The notes under the pieces are model-generated. The model saw nothing but the letters and a program-made list of their open reading frames with translations. It searched no databases and was not told where the DNA came from. From an uncultured Solirubrobacteraceae bacterium (GTDB lineage: Bacteria; Actinomycetota; Thermoleophilia; Solirubrobacterales; Solirubrobacteraceae), in the NCBI GenBank assembly GCA_963849695.1, contig CAWKIT010000018.1, positions 3,535-67,534 on the forward strand: a DNA stretch of 64,000 nucleotides, in the 5' to 3' direction. Each line of letters starts with the position of its first letter. The stretch's first letter is position 1. Made by a program: the position numbers and the translations under genes. Below, in pieces: positions 16,864 to 25,497 of this stretch.

Positions 16864-17939
16864 TAGTTCTCCAGCGTGATGCCGAGCCCGCCGGCGGCCT
16901 GGCTGACCTGGCCGGCGATGGCCTCCGCGCGGTCCTGCGCCTCGGACCCGAGCGTGTCGGCCTCGCGAGCCGTGAAGCGGCGCCCGCTCGCCTCTTCGTC
17001 GCGCAGCCGCGCGGCGAACGACTCGAGGTCCTCGAGCTCGCTGCCGGTCTGGCGTGCCTGCTGGGCGTCGGTCTCGGCGACCGCGGGGCGCACGTTGTCG
17101 TAGATCAGGACGAGGCCGCCGAGGATGTCGGCGATGTCCTGGAGCCGCGAGGCGGCGACGAACGAGCTCTCCTCGGCGTCGGCGCCGGCGACGAAGCGCG
17201 AGTTCTTCCACGCCTCGAAGTACTCGGACATCGTGGGCGTCATCACCACCAGCGCGGTGAACGCGTCCTGCGGCGTCGGCCGCCACTCGCGCGCCGCGGC
17301 CTCGAGCTCGGAGGCATTGGCGGCGAAGTCGCGCGCGGCCGCCACGAGGAAGTCGGCGTCGGGCAGCGCCTCGCCGAAGCCGGCCTTGCCGTCGCCGTCG
17401 AGGTCGGGCTCCACGCCCCGCGCCGCGAACCGCGGCTCGGTGCCCCACAGCGAGGTCTCGAGCAGGAAGAAGAAGTTGCCGGGCTGCTCGTAGGTCTTGC
17501 CGGCGGGCGTGCGGATCGAGAACGGCACGGCGTTCTCCGGGTCGGACTGGTCGCCGCCGGCGTCGATGATCACGTCGAAGTCGGCCAGCGACGGCACGCC
17601 CGCCACGACGCCCTCCATCTCCTCGTAGGCGGGATTGGCCTTGCGGAACGTCGCCTGCATGCGCTCGACCAGCGCCGCGACCTCCTCGCGCCGCTGATCG
17701 AGCAGGCGCTGGTAGTCGAAGCCCGTCTCCTCGGCCGCCGCGTGATAGGCCTCGGCGTCGGCCGCCAGTGCCGCAGTGTGCTGTTGCAGGGTCGCCGTAT
17801 GCGCGAGCAGGTAGTCCTTGATCGCGCCCAGGTCGGCCTCCGCCGCCGGCGGCGTCTCCGCACTCGGTTCGGGATCCTCACTGCCGCACCCCGCGAGTGC
17901 GGCGACGGCGACGAGCGCCGCCACTAGCTTCCTGGCCAT
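16863..17939 (-). CDS. EfeO/EfeM-like imelysin (M75-like) iron-uptake lipoprotein
   Basis: MARKLVAALVAVAALAGCGSEDPE carries a lipobox (LAGC), and GAGGAG lies upstream. The protein is helical and acidic: ...ANPAYEEMEGVVAG...GNFFFLLETSLWG...MSEYFEAWKNSRF.... It sits directly upstream of the FTR1 permease, as in efeUOB loci. Confidence 0.65.
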   Translation of the reverse strand: MARKLVAALVAVAALAGCGSEDPEPSAETPPAAEADLGAIKDYLLAHTATLQQHTAALAADAEAYHAAAEETGFDYQRLLDQRREEVAALVERMQATFRKANPAYEEMEGVVAGVPSLADFDVIIDAGGDQSDPENAVPFSIRTPAGKTYEQPGNFFFLLETSLWGTEPRFAARGVEPDLDGDGKAGFGEALPDADFLVAAARDFAANASELEAAAREWRPTPQDAFTALVVMTPTMSEYFEAWKNSRFVAGADAEESSFVAASRLQDIADILGGLVLIYDNVRPAVAETDAQQARQTGSELEDLESFAARLRDEEASGRRFTAREADTLGSEAQDRAEAIAGQVSQAAGGLGITLEN

Positions 17940-17952
17940 CGTCTCCTCGGTG

Positions 17953-17982
17953 TTAGGGTCACCTAAGCTTAGGGAACCCTAA
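17953..17982 (-). promoter_or_regulatory. 30-bp near-perfect palindrome of TTAGG/CCTAA half-sites: candidate DtxR-family (IdeR/MntR-like) operator for the efeO/efeU-like operon
   Basis: In TTAGGGTCACCTAAGCTTAGGGAACCCTAA, 26 of 30 positions are self-complementary. It ends 13 nt upstream of the ATG at 17939 and overlaps the stop of the preceding permease gene. The half-sites resemble the IdeR box TTAGGTTAGGCTAACCTAA. Confidence 0.5.
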
Positions 17983-18769
17983 CGAACCGAGGAAGACCAT
18001 GACGGCCGCCAGGGCGACCGACGCGCCCGCCGCCACCTCGAAGTGGTAGGAGGCGATCAGCCCGAGCACCCCCGCCAGCGCTGCCAGCAGGGCTGCGACG
18101 GGGAGCGCGACCGGCAGCCGCGCAGCCACGTTGAGCGCGGCCGCGGCCGGGGCGAGGATCATCGCCACCACGAGCAGGTTCCCGAGCCCGCGCACGGCCG
18201 CCACGGTGCAGACGGCGAGCAGCACGAGCAGCACCAGCTCCCACCGCCCCGGGCGCACCCCGAGCGACGGGGCGGCGGCGCGATCGAAGGCGCTCAGCGC
18301 CAGCCGGCGGTGGCCGAGCGCGAGCGCCAGCACGACGCCGCCGGCCAACACGGCGGCCTCGGCGAGGTCGCGGTCCGGTGACGCCGAGCAGGTCGCCGAA
18401 CAGCAGCTCGCCGAGCCGGGCCGGGACCTCGGGCGAGAGCGCGAGCAGCGCTCCGAGCCCGAACAGCGCGGCGATCGCCACCGCGACGCCCACGTCGCCG
18501 CCCAGCCGCTCGTCGCGCCCCGCGAGCGCGATCGCGACCGCCGCCGCGATCACGCCGCCCGCGGCGCCCAGCAGCAGCGGCGCCCCCGCCAGGACCGCGA
18601 TCACGAGCCCGGGCAGCATCGCGTGCGAGAGCGACTCGGCCGCGTAGCTCTGCCGGTACAGCAGCACCCACACGCCGAGCGGCCCGCACGCGAGTGCCAG
18701 GATCAGCACCTCCGCCAGCGCGCGCTGCATCAGCCCGCCGGCGAACGGGTCGGTCAGCCACTCGAGCAT
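17959..18769 (-). CDS. Metal ABC transporter permease (second permease, TroD/ZnuB-like); frame broken once as sequenced
   Basis: ATG 18769 sits in a TGATG overlap with the ATPase stop. The sequence MLEWLTDPFAGGLMQRALAEVLILALACGPLG...LLFGDLLGVT (shadow ORF 17969..19213 frame) continues after about 18379 in the ORF 17959..18351 frame: PDRDLAEAAVLAGGVVLALALGHRRLALSAFDRAAAPSLGV.... Confidence 0.8.
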
Positions 18770-19497
18770 CAGTGCTCGTGGTGCTCGACCGCCACCGCGC
18801 GCTCGCCGCCCGCGAGCACCACCAGCTCGGGCCCGTACGTGCGCCGCAGGACGTCGGTGGTGAGCACCTCGTGCGGAGCGCCGACCGCGATCTGCTCGCC
18901 GTTCAGGCACACGACCCGGTCCCACCGGCGCGCCTGCTCGACGTCGTGCGTGGCCACCAGCAGCACGCGGCCCTCCCCCCGCAGCTCCTGGAAGACACCC
19001 TCGATCCGCACCGCGCTGGCGGCGTCGACGCCCGACAGCGGCTCGTCGAGCAGCAGCACCGGGCTGTCCTGGAGCAGGGCGCGCGCGATCAGGACCCGCT
19101 GGCGCTGGCCGCCGGACAGGGCGCCGAACCGCCGGCGCGCCCGGTCGGCGAGGCCGACGCGGTCGAGCGCGGCCCGTGCCGCCTCGCGGTCGGCGCGCGC
19201 GACCCGCCGCCACGCCGGCGTCCGTCCGTAGGCGCCCATCAGCACCACGTCGAGCGCGCTGACCGGGAAGTCGAGCCGCGTGCGGTCGGTCTGCGGCACG
19301 TACGCCGGCGGGCCGTCGAGCTCCACGATTCCTTCCCGGACCGGCAGGTCGCCCAGCAGCGCGCGGAACAGCGTCGTCTTGCCGCCGCCGTTGGGACCGA
19401 GGACGGCGGTGATCGTGCCGCGTTCGAGCGCGAACGACACGCCGCGCAACACCACCGCGCCGGGCGCGTAGCCGGCCGACAGGTCCGCGACCCTCAT
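18769..19497 (-). CDS. Metal ABC transporter ATP-binding protein (ZnuC/TroB-like)
   Basis: This is taken from MRVADLS within ORF 18769..20202. It has Walker A (GPNGGGKT), the signature LSGGQRQR and Walker B (LLLDEP). Its ATGA overlaps the upstream permease stop. Confidence 0.9.
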   Translation of the reverse strand: MRVADLSAGYAPGAVVLRGVSFALERGTITAVLGPNGGGKTTLFRALLGDLPVREGIVELDGPPAYVPQTDRTRLDFPVSALDVVLMGAYGRTPAWRRVARADREAARAALDRVGLADRARRRFGALSGGQRQRVLIARALLQDSPVLLLDEPLSGVDAASAVRIEGVFQELRGEGRVLLVATHDVEQARRWDRVVCLNGEQIAVGAPHEVLTTDVLRRTYGPELVVLAGGERAVAVEHHEH

Positions 19498-20288
19498 CGC
19501 GTGACCGCCGCGACGATCGCGAACACGGCGCCGCCCAGCACCGCGGTGGCCGGTCCCGGCCCGACGTTGAGCTCGTAGGCGAGCCACAGCCCCGCGACGC
19601 CCTCGACGGCGGCGAGCGCGGCGGTGCCGGCCTGCAGCGCCCCCACGCTCGGGGCCACGAGGCGGACCGTGGCGGCCGGGATCACCAGCACCGCGGTGAC
19701 GAGCAGGGCGCCGACCGCGTCGAGCGCGACGACCGCCGCCGCGGCGACCGCCACCATCAGCGCCGCCTCGGCAACCGCGGGCCGGGCCCCGAGCGCACGG
19801 GCGGTGGCCGGGTCGAAGCCCTGGGCGAGCCACGACCGCCGCAGCCCGAGCTCGAGCGCCGCGACCAGCCCCAGCACGCCCGCGGTCAGCCACAGGTCGC
19901 GGTCGCTGAGCCCGATCAGGCTGCCGAACAGCAGCCGGTCGACCCCGGCGCCGGACTCGAAGACGTCGGAGGCGAGCACGACGCCGAGCGCTAGCGCGCC
20001 GACCAGCATCAGCCCCGTCGCGGCATCCTGCGCCACGCGCCGCGTCCGCCGCAGCCCCTCGATCCCGCCGGCGTACAGCAACGCCGCGGCGAGGCCGGCG
20101 AGCTGCGGCGCCACGCCCGCCGGCCCGGCGACGACCACGCCCGGGAACGCCGCCGTGCCGACCCCGTGCGTGTAGAACGCGAGCCGCCTGAGCACGATCC
20201 ACGAGCCGAGCACGCCGGCGAGCCCCGCCAGCAGCAGGCTCTCCAGCAGCGCGCGCTGCATGAACGGCGCGTCGAACGGCTCAGGCAT
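19494..20288 (-). CDS. Metal ABC transporter permease (TroC/ZnuB-like)
   Basis: ORF 19494..20288 reads MPEPFDAPFMQRALLESLLLAGLAGVLGSWIVLRRLAFY...LLFGSLIGLSDRDL...GFDPATARALG, typical of ABC-3 family permeases. Confidence 0.9.
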   Translation of the reverse strand: MPEPFDAPFMQRALLESLLLAGLAGVLGSWIVLRRLAFYTHGVGTAAFPGVVVAGPAGVAPQLAGLAAALLYAGGIEGLRRTRRVAQDAATGLMLVGALALGVVLASDVFESGAGVDRLLFGSLIGLSDRDLWLTAGVLGLVAALELGLRRSWLAQGFDPATARALGARPAVAEAALMVAVAAAAVVALDAVGALLVTAVLVIPAATVRLVAPSVGALQAGTAALAAVEGVAGLWLAYELNVGPGPATAVLGGAVFAIVAAVTR

Positions 20289-21195
20289 CGATCCGGCAGG
20301 CCACCTCGCCGCCGCTGAAGCCCTCTACAAGCGCGCGCGTGTTGGCGGCGATCGACCCGGCGTACGTGGCGCCATCCGACCCCGGCGGCCCGAGCGTGTC
20401 GGCCCACAAGGGCCGGCCGACCGTCGCGCCGGTCTCGCGCGCGATCGCCTGCTCGACCTTCGCGTCGACGGAGCTCTCGGCGAAGATCGCCTTCACGTCC
20501 TCGTCGCGGATCGTCCGCACCAGCTCGGCGATCTCCCCCGCGGACGGCTGCCCGCTCGTCGACAGCGACGGGATCACGGCGCCGATCACCTCGATCCCGT
20601 AGCGCCGCGCGTAGTAGCCGAGCGCGTCGTGGGTGGTGACGAGCTTGCGCTGCGCCGCCGGCACCTTGGCCACGCAGGCGGCGATCGCGCGGTCGAGCCG
20701 CTGCAGGCGCGTCGTGTAGCGGCCGGCGTCCGCGGCGTAGGCGCCGGCGCGCTCCGGATCGACGTCGCTCAGGGAGCGTTCGATGGCGGCGACGGCGCGC
20801 ATCGCGTTGCGCGGGTCCTGCCACCAGTGCGGGTCATCCCCGCTCGCGCGCACGTGGTCGCTCAGCGTGAGCACCGGCGCGTCGCCGCCGGCGCCCTCGA
20901 TCGCCTCGCCGAGCCACTCGTCGAGGTCACCCCCGGAGCGGACGACGAGGTCGGCCCGCGCCAGCACCTCGAGATCGCGCGGGCGCACCTCGTACTCGTG
21001 CGGGTCGCTGTTCGGCGCCAGCAGGCCGACCACCTCGACGTTCTCGCCGCCCACGTTGCGGGCGAGGTCGGCGGCCTGGGTGGTGGTCGCGACCACGGTG
21101 ACGCTACCGGCCGCGGCGCCGCCGTCGTCCTCGCCGCAGCCCACGACGGCGGCCACGACGACCAGGAGCAGGGCGATGGCGAGCCGGAGGAGCAC
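20281..21195 (-). CDS. Metal (Zn/Mn) ABC transporter substrate-binding lipoprotein (TroA/ZnuA family)
   Basis: The ORF carries a lipobox (VVGCGEDDG). Cluster A-I SBP motifs are present: ...LLAPNSDPHEYEVRPRD...DDPHWWQDPRNA...LVTTHDALGYYARRYG...AIFAESSV. Confidence 0.9.
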   Translation of the reverse strand: MLLRLAIALLLVVVAAVVGCGEDDGGAAAGSVTVVATTTQAADLARNVGGENVEVVGLLAPNSDPHEYEVRPRDLEVLARADLVVRSGGDLDEWLGEAIEGAGGDAPVLTLSDHVRASGDDPHWWQDPRNAMRAVAAIERSLSDVDPERAGAYAADAGRYTTRLQRLDRAIAACVAKVPAAQRKLVTTHDALGYYARRYGIEVIGAVIPSLSTSGQPSAGEIAELVRTIRDEDVKAIFAESSVDAKVEQAIARETGATVGRPLWADTLGPPGSDGATYAGSIAANTRALVEGFSGGEVACRIDA

Positions 21196-21211
21196 GGCGG
21201 CGGAATCTTAC

Positions 21212-21226
21212 TGAAAATCATTCTCG
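21212..21226. promoter_or_regulatory. Candidate Zur box in the divergent spacer between the ABC operon and the Fur-family gene
   Basis: TGAAAATCATTCTCG compares with the actinobacterial Zur consensus TGAAAATNATTTTCA (7-1-7, recalled from memory): the left half is perfect and the right half matches 5 of 7. It is the only AT-rich patch in the 60-bp spacer and lies 17 nt from the SBP start. Confidence 0.5.
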
Positions 21227-21255
21227 TTCATAGCTCGCGGCGCTACCATCCCGGC

Positions 21256-21687
21256 GTGGCCTCCTGGACCGACCACGCGCATCGCGAGCTGTCGCGCGCC
21301 GGGCATCGTGCCGGGGGCGCCCGCGAGGAGGTGCTCGCGCTGCTCGCCCGCCAGGACTGCTGCCTGAGCGCCCAGGACATCCACGACCGGCTGCGCGGCC
21401 GGGGCAAGGCCGTCGGCCTCGCGAGCGTCTACCGCGCTCTCGACGTCCTCGCCCAGCTCAAGCTCGTGCACCGCATCGACGTCGACGGCGTCGCCTGCTA
21501 CGAGCAGGCCGACCCGAGCGGCGAGCACCACCACCACGCGATCTGCGACCGCTGCGGCAAGATGGACTCGTTCGCGGACGCCGAGCTGGAGCGGCTGATC
21601 GACGGCGTCGGCGAGCGGCTCGGGTACGACCTCGGCGCGCACGACATCGTGCTGCGCGGCGCCTGCCCGGACTGCGCCGCCCGCTGA
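21256..21687 (+). CDS. zur: Fur-family metalloregulator, probably Zur
   Basis: This is taken from GTG 21256 within shadow ORF 20260..21687: ...REEVLALLARQDCCLSAQDIHDRLRGRGKAVGLASVYRALDVLAQLKLVHRI...GEHHHHAICDRCGKM...GACPDC. The Zur assignment rests on context (adjacent TroA-type ABC and a Zur-like box). Confidence 0.75.
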   Translation: MASWTDHAHRELSRAGHRAGGAREEVLALLARQDCCLSAQDIHDRLRGRGKAVGLASVYRALDVLAQLKLVHRIDVDGVACYEQADPSGEHHHHAICDRCGKMDSFADAELERLIDGVGERLGYDLGAHDIVLRGACPDCAAR

Positions 21688-21729
21688 TTTCAGCGAGGAT
21701 CGGCGATCCGGTCCTTTCCACCGGTACGT

Positions 21730-23421
21730 GTGTTGAAGCTGTTCGTGCGCCCCCTCACCCGCAGGCAGGCCCTCAAGGCCGGCGCGCTGACGGCCGCGGC
21801 CGCAGGCCTCCGCCCCGGCGCCCCGGCGCTCGCGGCCGGGGTGGGTGGGGACGGTCTCCTGTTCGAGATGCGGCTCGACGGCCACGTCGGCGCCCGCGCC
21901 GCGAGCGCCGGCTGGCGGACCACGGAGGTGATCGCGGCGCCGCGGCGGTTCGATCTCGTCGGGCTGGTGTGGGCGCGCGGGCCGGAGGCCGAGGCGCAGC
22001 TGCGCGCGCGGCGCCGCGGCGGCCGCTGGACGCCCTGGGTCGAGCTGCACCCGAGCGGCGACCACGGCCCCGACCGCGGTCGCGTGCCGTCCGGCACCGA
22101 CCCCGCGTTCGTGGGCGCCGCCGACGAGTTCCAGCTCCGCCTGCGCGGCGCCCCGCGCGCCCTTCGCGCGCGGTTCGTCCGCGCGCTGCCGACGGCCCGG
22201 CTGGCGACCCGCCTCGACCGCCGCCGCCGTCGCCGTCGCCGCGCCCGGGTAGCCCAGGCCGGCGCGCCGCCGGCGATCATCCCGCGCGCGGCCTGGGGCG
22301 CCGACTCGGTCCCACCGCGCGAGCCGCCGGCCTACGGCGCGGTCCAGATCGCGTTCGTCCACCACACCGTCACCGCAAACGACTACCTGCCCGAGGACTC
22401 GGCCGCGATCGTGCTCGGCATCGCCCGCTACCACCGCAACTCCAACGGGTGGAACGACATCGGCTACAACTTCCTCGTCGACAAGTACGGCCAGGTGTTC
22501 GAGGGCCGTGCCGGGGGCATCGACCAGGCCGTCGTGGGCGCGCAGGCGCAGGGCTACAACAGCGTCTCGACCGGGATCGCGTGCCTCGGCGACTTCACGG
22601 CGATCGCCCAGACGCCGCAGGCGATGGACGTGCTCGCGCGCCTGATCGGCTGGAAGCTCTCGCTCCACGCCGTGCCCACGCAGGGCCGGGTCACGGTCAC
22701 CTCCGCCGGCGGCCCGTCCAACCGCTTCCCGCTCGGGACGCCCGTGACGTTCGAGCGGATCTCGGGCCACCGCGACGGCAACAGCACCGCGTGCCCCGGC
22801 AACGTCCTGTACACGCAGCTCCCCCAGCTGCGCACCGCCGCCGCGCGGTTCGCCGGCCCGACCGCGGGGCTCAGCCTGTACGCGGCGCGCGCGGTCCGCG
22901 GCGTCGAGCCGACGACGGTCTCGGGCTACCTGCGGTTCCCCGACGGCTCACCGGCCGGCGGGGCGGCGATCACCGTCGAGCACCTGGTGAGCTCCGGAGC
23001 GGCGGCGTGGGAGCCGGTGGCGTCCGCGGTCGCCAACGCCGACGGGACCTGGGGAACCACCGTCGCGCTGCGTGCCGGCGGACAGCTGCGGGCGGTGTTC
23101 GCGGGAGACGCGACGCGCGCGCGGCTGGAGAGCGCGCCACGCAGGATCACCGTCCTGGCGCGGCTCAACCTCTCGCTCGACCGCACCCGCGTGCGGCTCG
23201 GCGGGCGCGTGAACGTGAGCGGATTCGCCGACCCCGCCACCCACGTGCGGCTCACGCTGCAGCGGCGCAGCGGCCGCCGCTGGCTGACGTCGCGCCGCCG
23301 TCTGATCCGCGTTCGCGAGAGCACCTATCGGGCGTTCGTGCGCCCGCGCGGGCGCGGCAGGTACCGCGTCAGCGCCCAGGTCGGGCGGATCGTCCGCCGC
23401 CGGGCGATCAGCGTCTTCTGA
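21730..23421 (+). CDS. TAT-exported N-acetylmuramoyl-L-alanine amidase (Amidase_2/PGRP fold) with C-terminal beta-rich domains
   Basis: It has a twin-arginine signal (LTRRQALKAGALTAAAAG). The core reads IIPRAAWGAD...IAFVHHTVTANDY...ARYHRNSNGWNDIGYNFLVDKYGQVFEGRAGG...GHRDGNSTACPG. Confidence 0.85.
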   Translation: MLKLFVRPLTRRQALKAGALTAAAAGLRPGAPALAAGVGGDGLLFEMRLDGHVGARAASAGWRTTEVIAAPRRFDLVGLVWARGPEAEAQLRARRRGGRWTPWVELHPSGDHGPDRGRVPSGTDPAFVGAADEFQLRLRGAPRALRARFVRALPTARLATRLDRRRRRRRRARVAQAGAPPAIIPRAAWGADSVPPREPPAYGAVQIAFVHHTVTANDYLPEDSAAIVLGIARYHRNSNGWNDIGYNFLVDKYGQVFEGRAGGIDQAVVGAQAQGYNSVSTGIACLGDFTAIAQTPQAMDVLARLIGWKLSLHAVPTQGRVTVTSAGGPSNRFPLGTPVTFERISGHRDGNSTACPGNVLYTQLPQLRTAAARFAGPTAGLSLYAARAVRGVEPTTVSGYLRFPDGSPAGGAAITVEHLVSSGAAAWEPVASAVANADGTWGTTVALRAGGQLRAVFAGDATRARLESAPRRITVLARLNLSLDRTRVRLGGRVNVSGFADPATHVRLTLQRRSGRRWLTSRRRLIRVRESTYRAFVRPRGRGRYRVSAQVGRIVRRRAISVF

Positions 23422-24010
23422 TCCCGACCAGCCGCACGCCGACCGCCGGCAGCTCACCGGCGGCGATCAGTTGCTCCTCCGCCTCGCGCAGGCCGGTCGG
23501 CACGTCCCAGCGGTGCATGTACGCGCCGCGGACCGGCTCGCCGAGCGCGAACCACTCGCCGAGCACCTCGCGCATGCGCGCGAGCGAGTGCAGGTGCCCG
23601 CGCAGGTTGGCGACCACCTCACCGGGCTCCGCCTGATGGCTGCCGTGCTCGAGCCACCAGCTCGCGGCGCGCTCGTCGAGGCGCTCGACGTCGATCTCGT
23701 CGATCGCGAGCACGCCGCCGGGCCGGACGAGCTCGGCGAGGCGCCGGAACGACTCCTCCAGCGGCTGGACGTGGTGCAGCGAGACCACCGCGACCGCGGC
23801 GTCGAAGCTGGCGCTCGGCTCGTCGAGCTCGTGCAGGGCGACCGGCCGCACGGCGGGTGTGTCCGCCGCCGGGTCGATCGCCACCACGTCATAGCCCGCG
23901 TCCGCGAGCGCGGCCGCCAGCACGCCGTCCCCGGCGCCGACCTCGAGCACCCGCACGGGCGGAGCGGGCAGCGCGGCGCGTACGAACGCGGTGACGTCGG
24001 GCGTCGGCAA
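23408..24010 (-). CDS. Class I SAM-dependent methyltransferase
   Basis: ORF 23408..24010 contains VLEVGAGDGVLAAALADAGYDVVAIDP (motif I) and ...LVRPGGVLAI. Confidence 0.8.
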   Translation of the reverse strand: MPTPDVTAFVRAALPAPPVRVLEVGAGDGVLAAALADAGYDVVAIDPAADTPAVRPVALHELDEPSASFDAAVAVVSLHHVQPLEESFRRLAELVRPGGVLAIDEIDVERLDERAASWWLEHGSHQAEPGEVVANLRGHLHSLARMREVLGEWFALGEPVRGAYMHRWDVPTGLREAEEQLIAAGELPAVGVRLVGIRRR

Positions 24011-24020
24011 GCCGCGAGGG

Positions 24021-25019
24021 TCAGCGGCGCTCGCGCAGCCAGTCCGAGAGCTTGTCGGCGGCCTCGCCGACCTTCTCCGTCGCCTTGTCCACGCTCTCCC
24101 CCGCGTCCTTGAAGAAGGCCTTGAACCGCTCCGCGTAGTGGTCGGTGGCGTCGTTGATCTGGTCGCTCGTCTTGACCGGGTCGCCGCGACGGACGTACTC
24201 GCCGTTCATGACGTGGTCGTACTCGCCCGAGCGCACCCACTTCATCAGCTCCGACACCCGCCGCACCGGCGCCGCATGAGTCTGCCCCAGCTCGGTGCGC
24301 AGCCGTGAGAGGCGGTCCCAGCCCGGCTCCCACTCCTCGTACTCGGTCGCCTGCTTGAGGAACGTGTCGAGGTTCAGCTTCTTCGACCGCACGCCGGCCG
24401 CCATCACCATCAGCGTGCGCGAGGTGACCAGCGGATCGCGGTTGACGAGCGTGGAGGCGCGGTCGCAGCTGAGCTCGGAGGCGCGGAACCACTCCAGCAG
24501 CGCGTACCTGGCGGCCAGCAGCGGCAGCCCGGCCATGAGCGGCAGCCCACGGGTGCCGATCGCGAGCAGGATCATCAGCGCGGTCCGGTAGAGGACATGG
24601 TCGGACAGGATGTGGCCGGCCTCGTGCCCGAGCACGGTCCGCAGCTCGTCCGCGTCGAGGATCTCGACGGTGCGCGAGTTGACCAGGACGATCGGCTTGC
24701 CGGCGCCGATCGCCGCGGCGTTGGTGATCGGGAACTGGGTCAGGTAGACGTCCGGGATGTCGGCGATGTCGAGCCGCGCGCAGGCGGCGCGATGGGAGGC
24801 CCACACCTCGGGGACCTGGTCGGGCCCCAGCTTGAGCGAGCCCGCCAGCAGGATCTGGCGCAGCGCGCGCTCGTAGCCGAACTCGATCAGCTTGCGCACG
24901 ACGACGTCCATCATCGGGATCGAGTTGAGCGCGGCGGTGGCGGCGCGGTCTGCCGGGTGCTCGTACGCCTTCGGGGAGATGTCCTTGAGGCGCTGATCCT
25001 CGGGAAGCGGGTCCGTCAT
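24021..25019 (-). CDS. M48-family zinc metalloprotease
   Basis: ORF 24021..25019 carries LRTVLGHEAGHILSDH (HExxH) and a downstream ...SELSCDRAS. Confidence 0.85.
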   Translation of the reverse strand: MTDPLPEDQRLKDISPKAYEHPADRAATAALNSIPMMDVVVRKLIEFGYERALRQILLAGSLKLGPDQVPEVWASHRAACARLDIADIPDVYLTQFPITNAAAIGAGKPIVLVNSRTVEILDADELRTVLGHEAGHILSDHVLYRTALMILLAIGTRGLPLMAGLPLLAARYALLEWFRASELSCDRASTLVNRDPLVTSRTLMVMAAGVRSKKLNLDTFLKQATEYEEWEPGWDRLSRLRTELGQTHAAPVRRVSELMKWVRSGEYDHVMNGEYVRRGDPVKTSDQINDATDHYAERFKAFFKDAGESVDKATEKVGEAADKLSDWLRERR

Positions 25020-25028
25020 GCGATCAAG

Positions 25029-25427
25029 CTAGCGGTCGCGGAGCCGGATCACCAATCGGAGCCCGGACCACTTCTCGTCGAGCGCCGCGACCTTGTTGTC
25101 GACCAGCGTGTTGGCGAGCGCCAGCTCGCGTACGACGTCCTCGGTGAGGTCGGTCGGCACCTTCGACGCGCGCTTGGGCCAGGCGATCCACAGGCCGGCC
25201 GCGGGCTGCATGGCCCTGCGCAGGACCGGCATGCGGCGGGCGAGGTCGGCGCGCTCGGTGTGGAAGGAGACGATCACGTCGGCCTTGCCGCGCGCCTGCC
25301 GGGCGATCTGCACCTCCTCCGGCAGCTCGCCGAGGTCGAAACCGTCCGGCATGGAGAGCAGCAGCAGGCGATGACCCGGCTTGATGCCGAGCTTCTTGGG
25401 CAGCGGCGTGCCCGAGTAGCCGGCCAT
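25029..25427 (-). CDS. DUF3052 domain-containing protein
   Basis: MAGYSGTPLPKKLGIKPGHRLLLLSMPDGF...GLWIAWPKRASKVPTDLTED matches my memory of the DUF3052 family. Confidence 0.7.
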   Translation of the reverse strand: MAGYSGTPLPKKLGIKPGHRLLLLSMPDGFDLGELPEEVQIARQARGKADVIVSFHTERADLARRMPVLRRAMQPAAGLWIAWPKRASKVPTDLTEDVVRELALANTLVDNKVAALDEKWSGLRLVIRLRDR

Positions 25428-25497
25428 TGCGCAATCCCATCACACGGCGCCGTGGCGCTCTGAGAGGATCGCCCGGACCCCAAGGAGGAGGAGTTCA

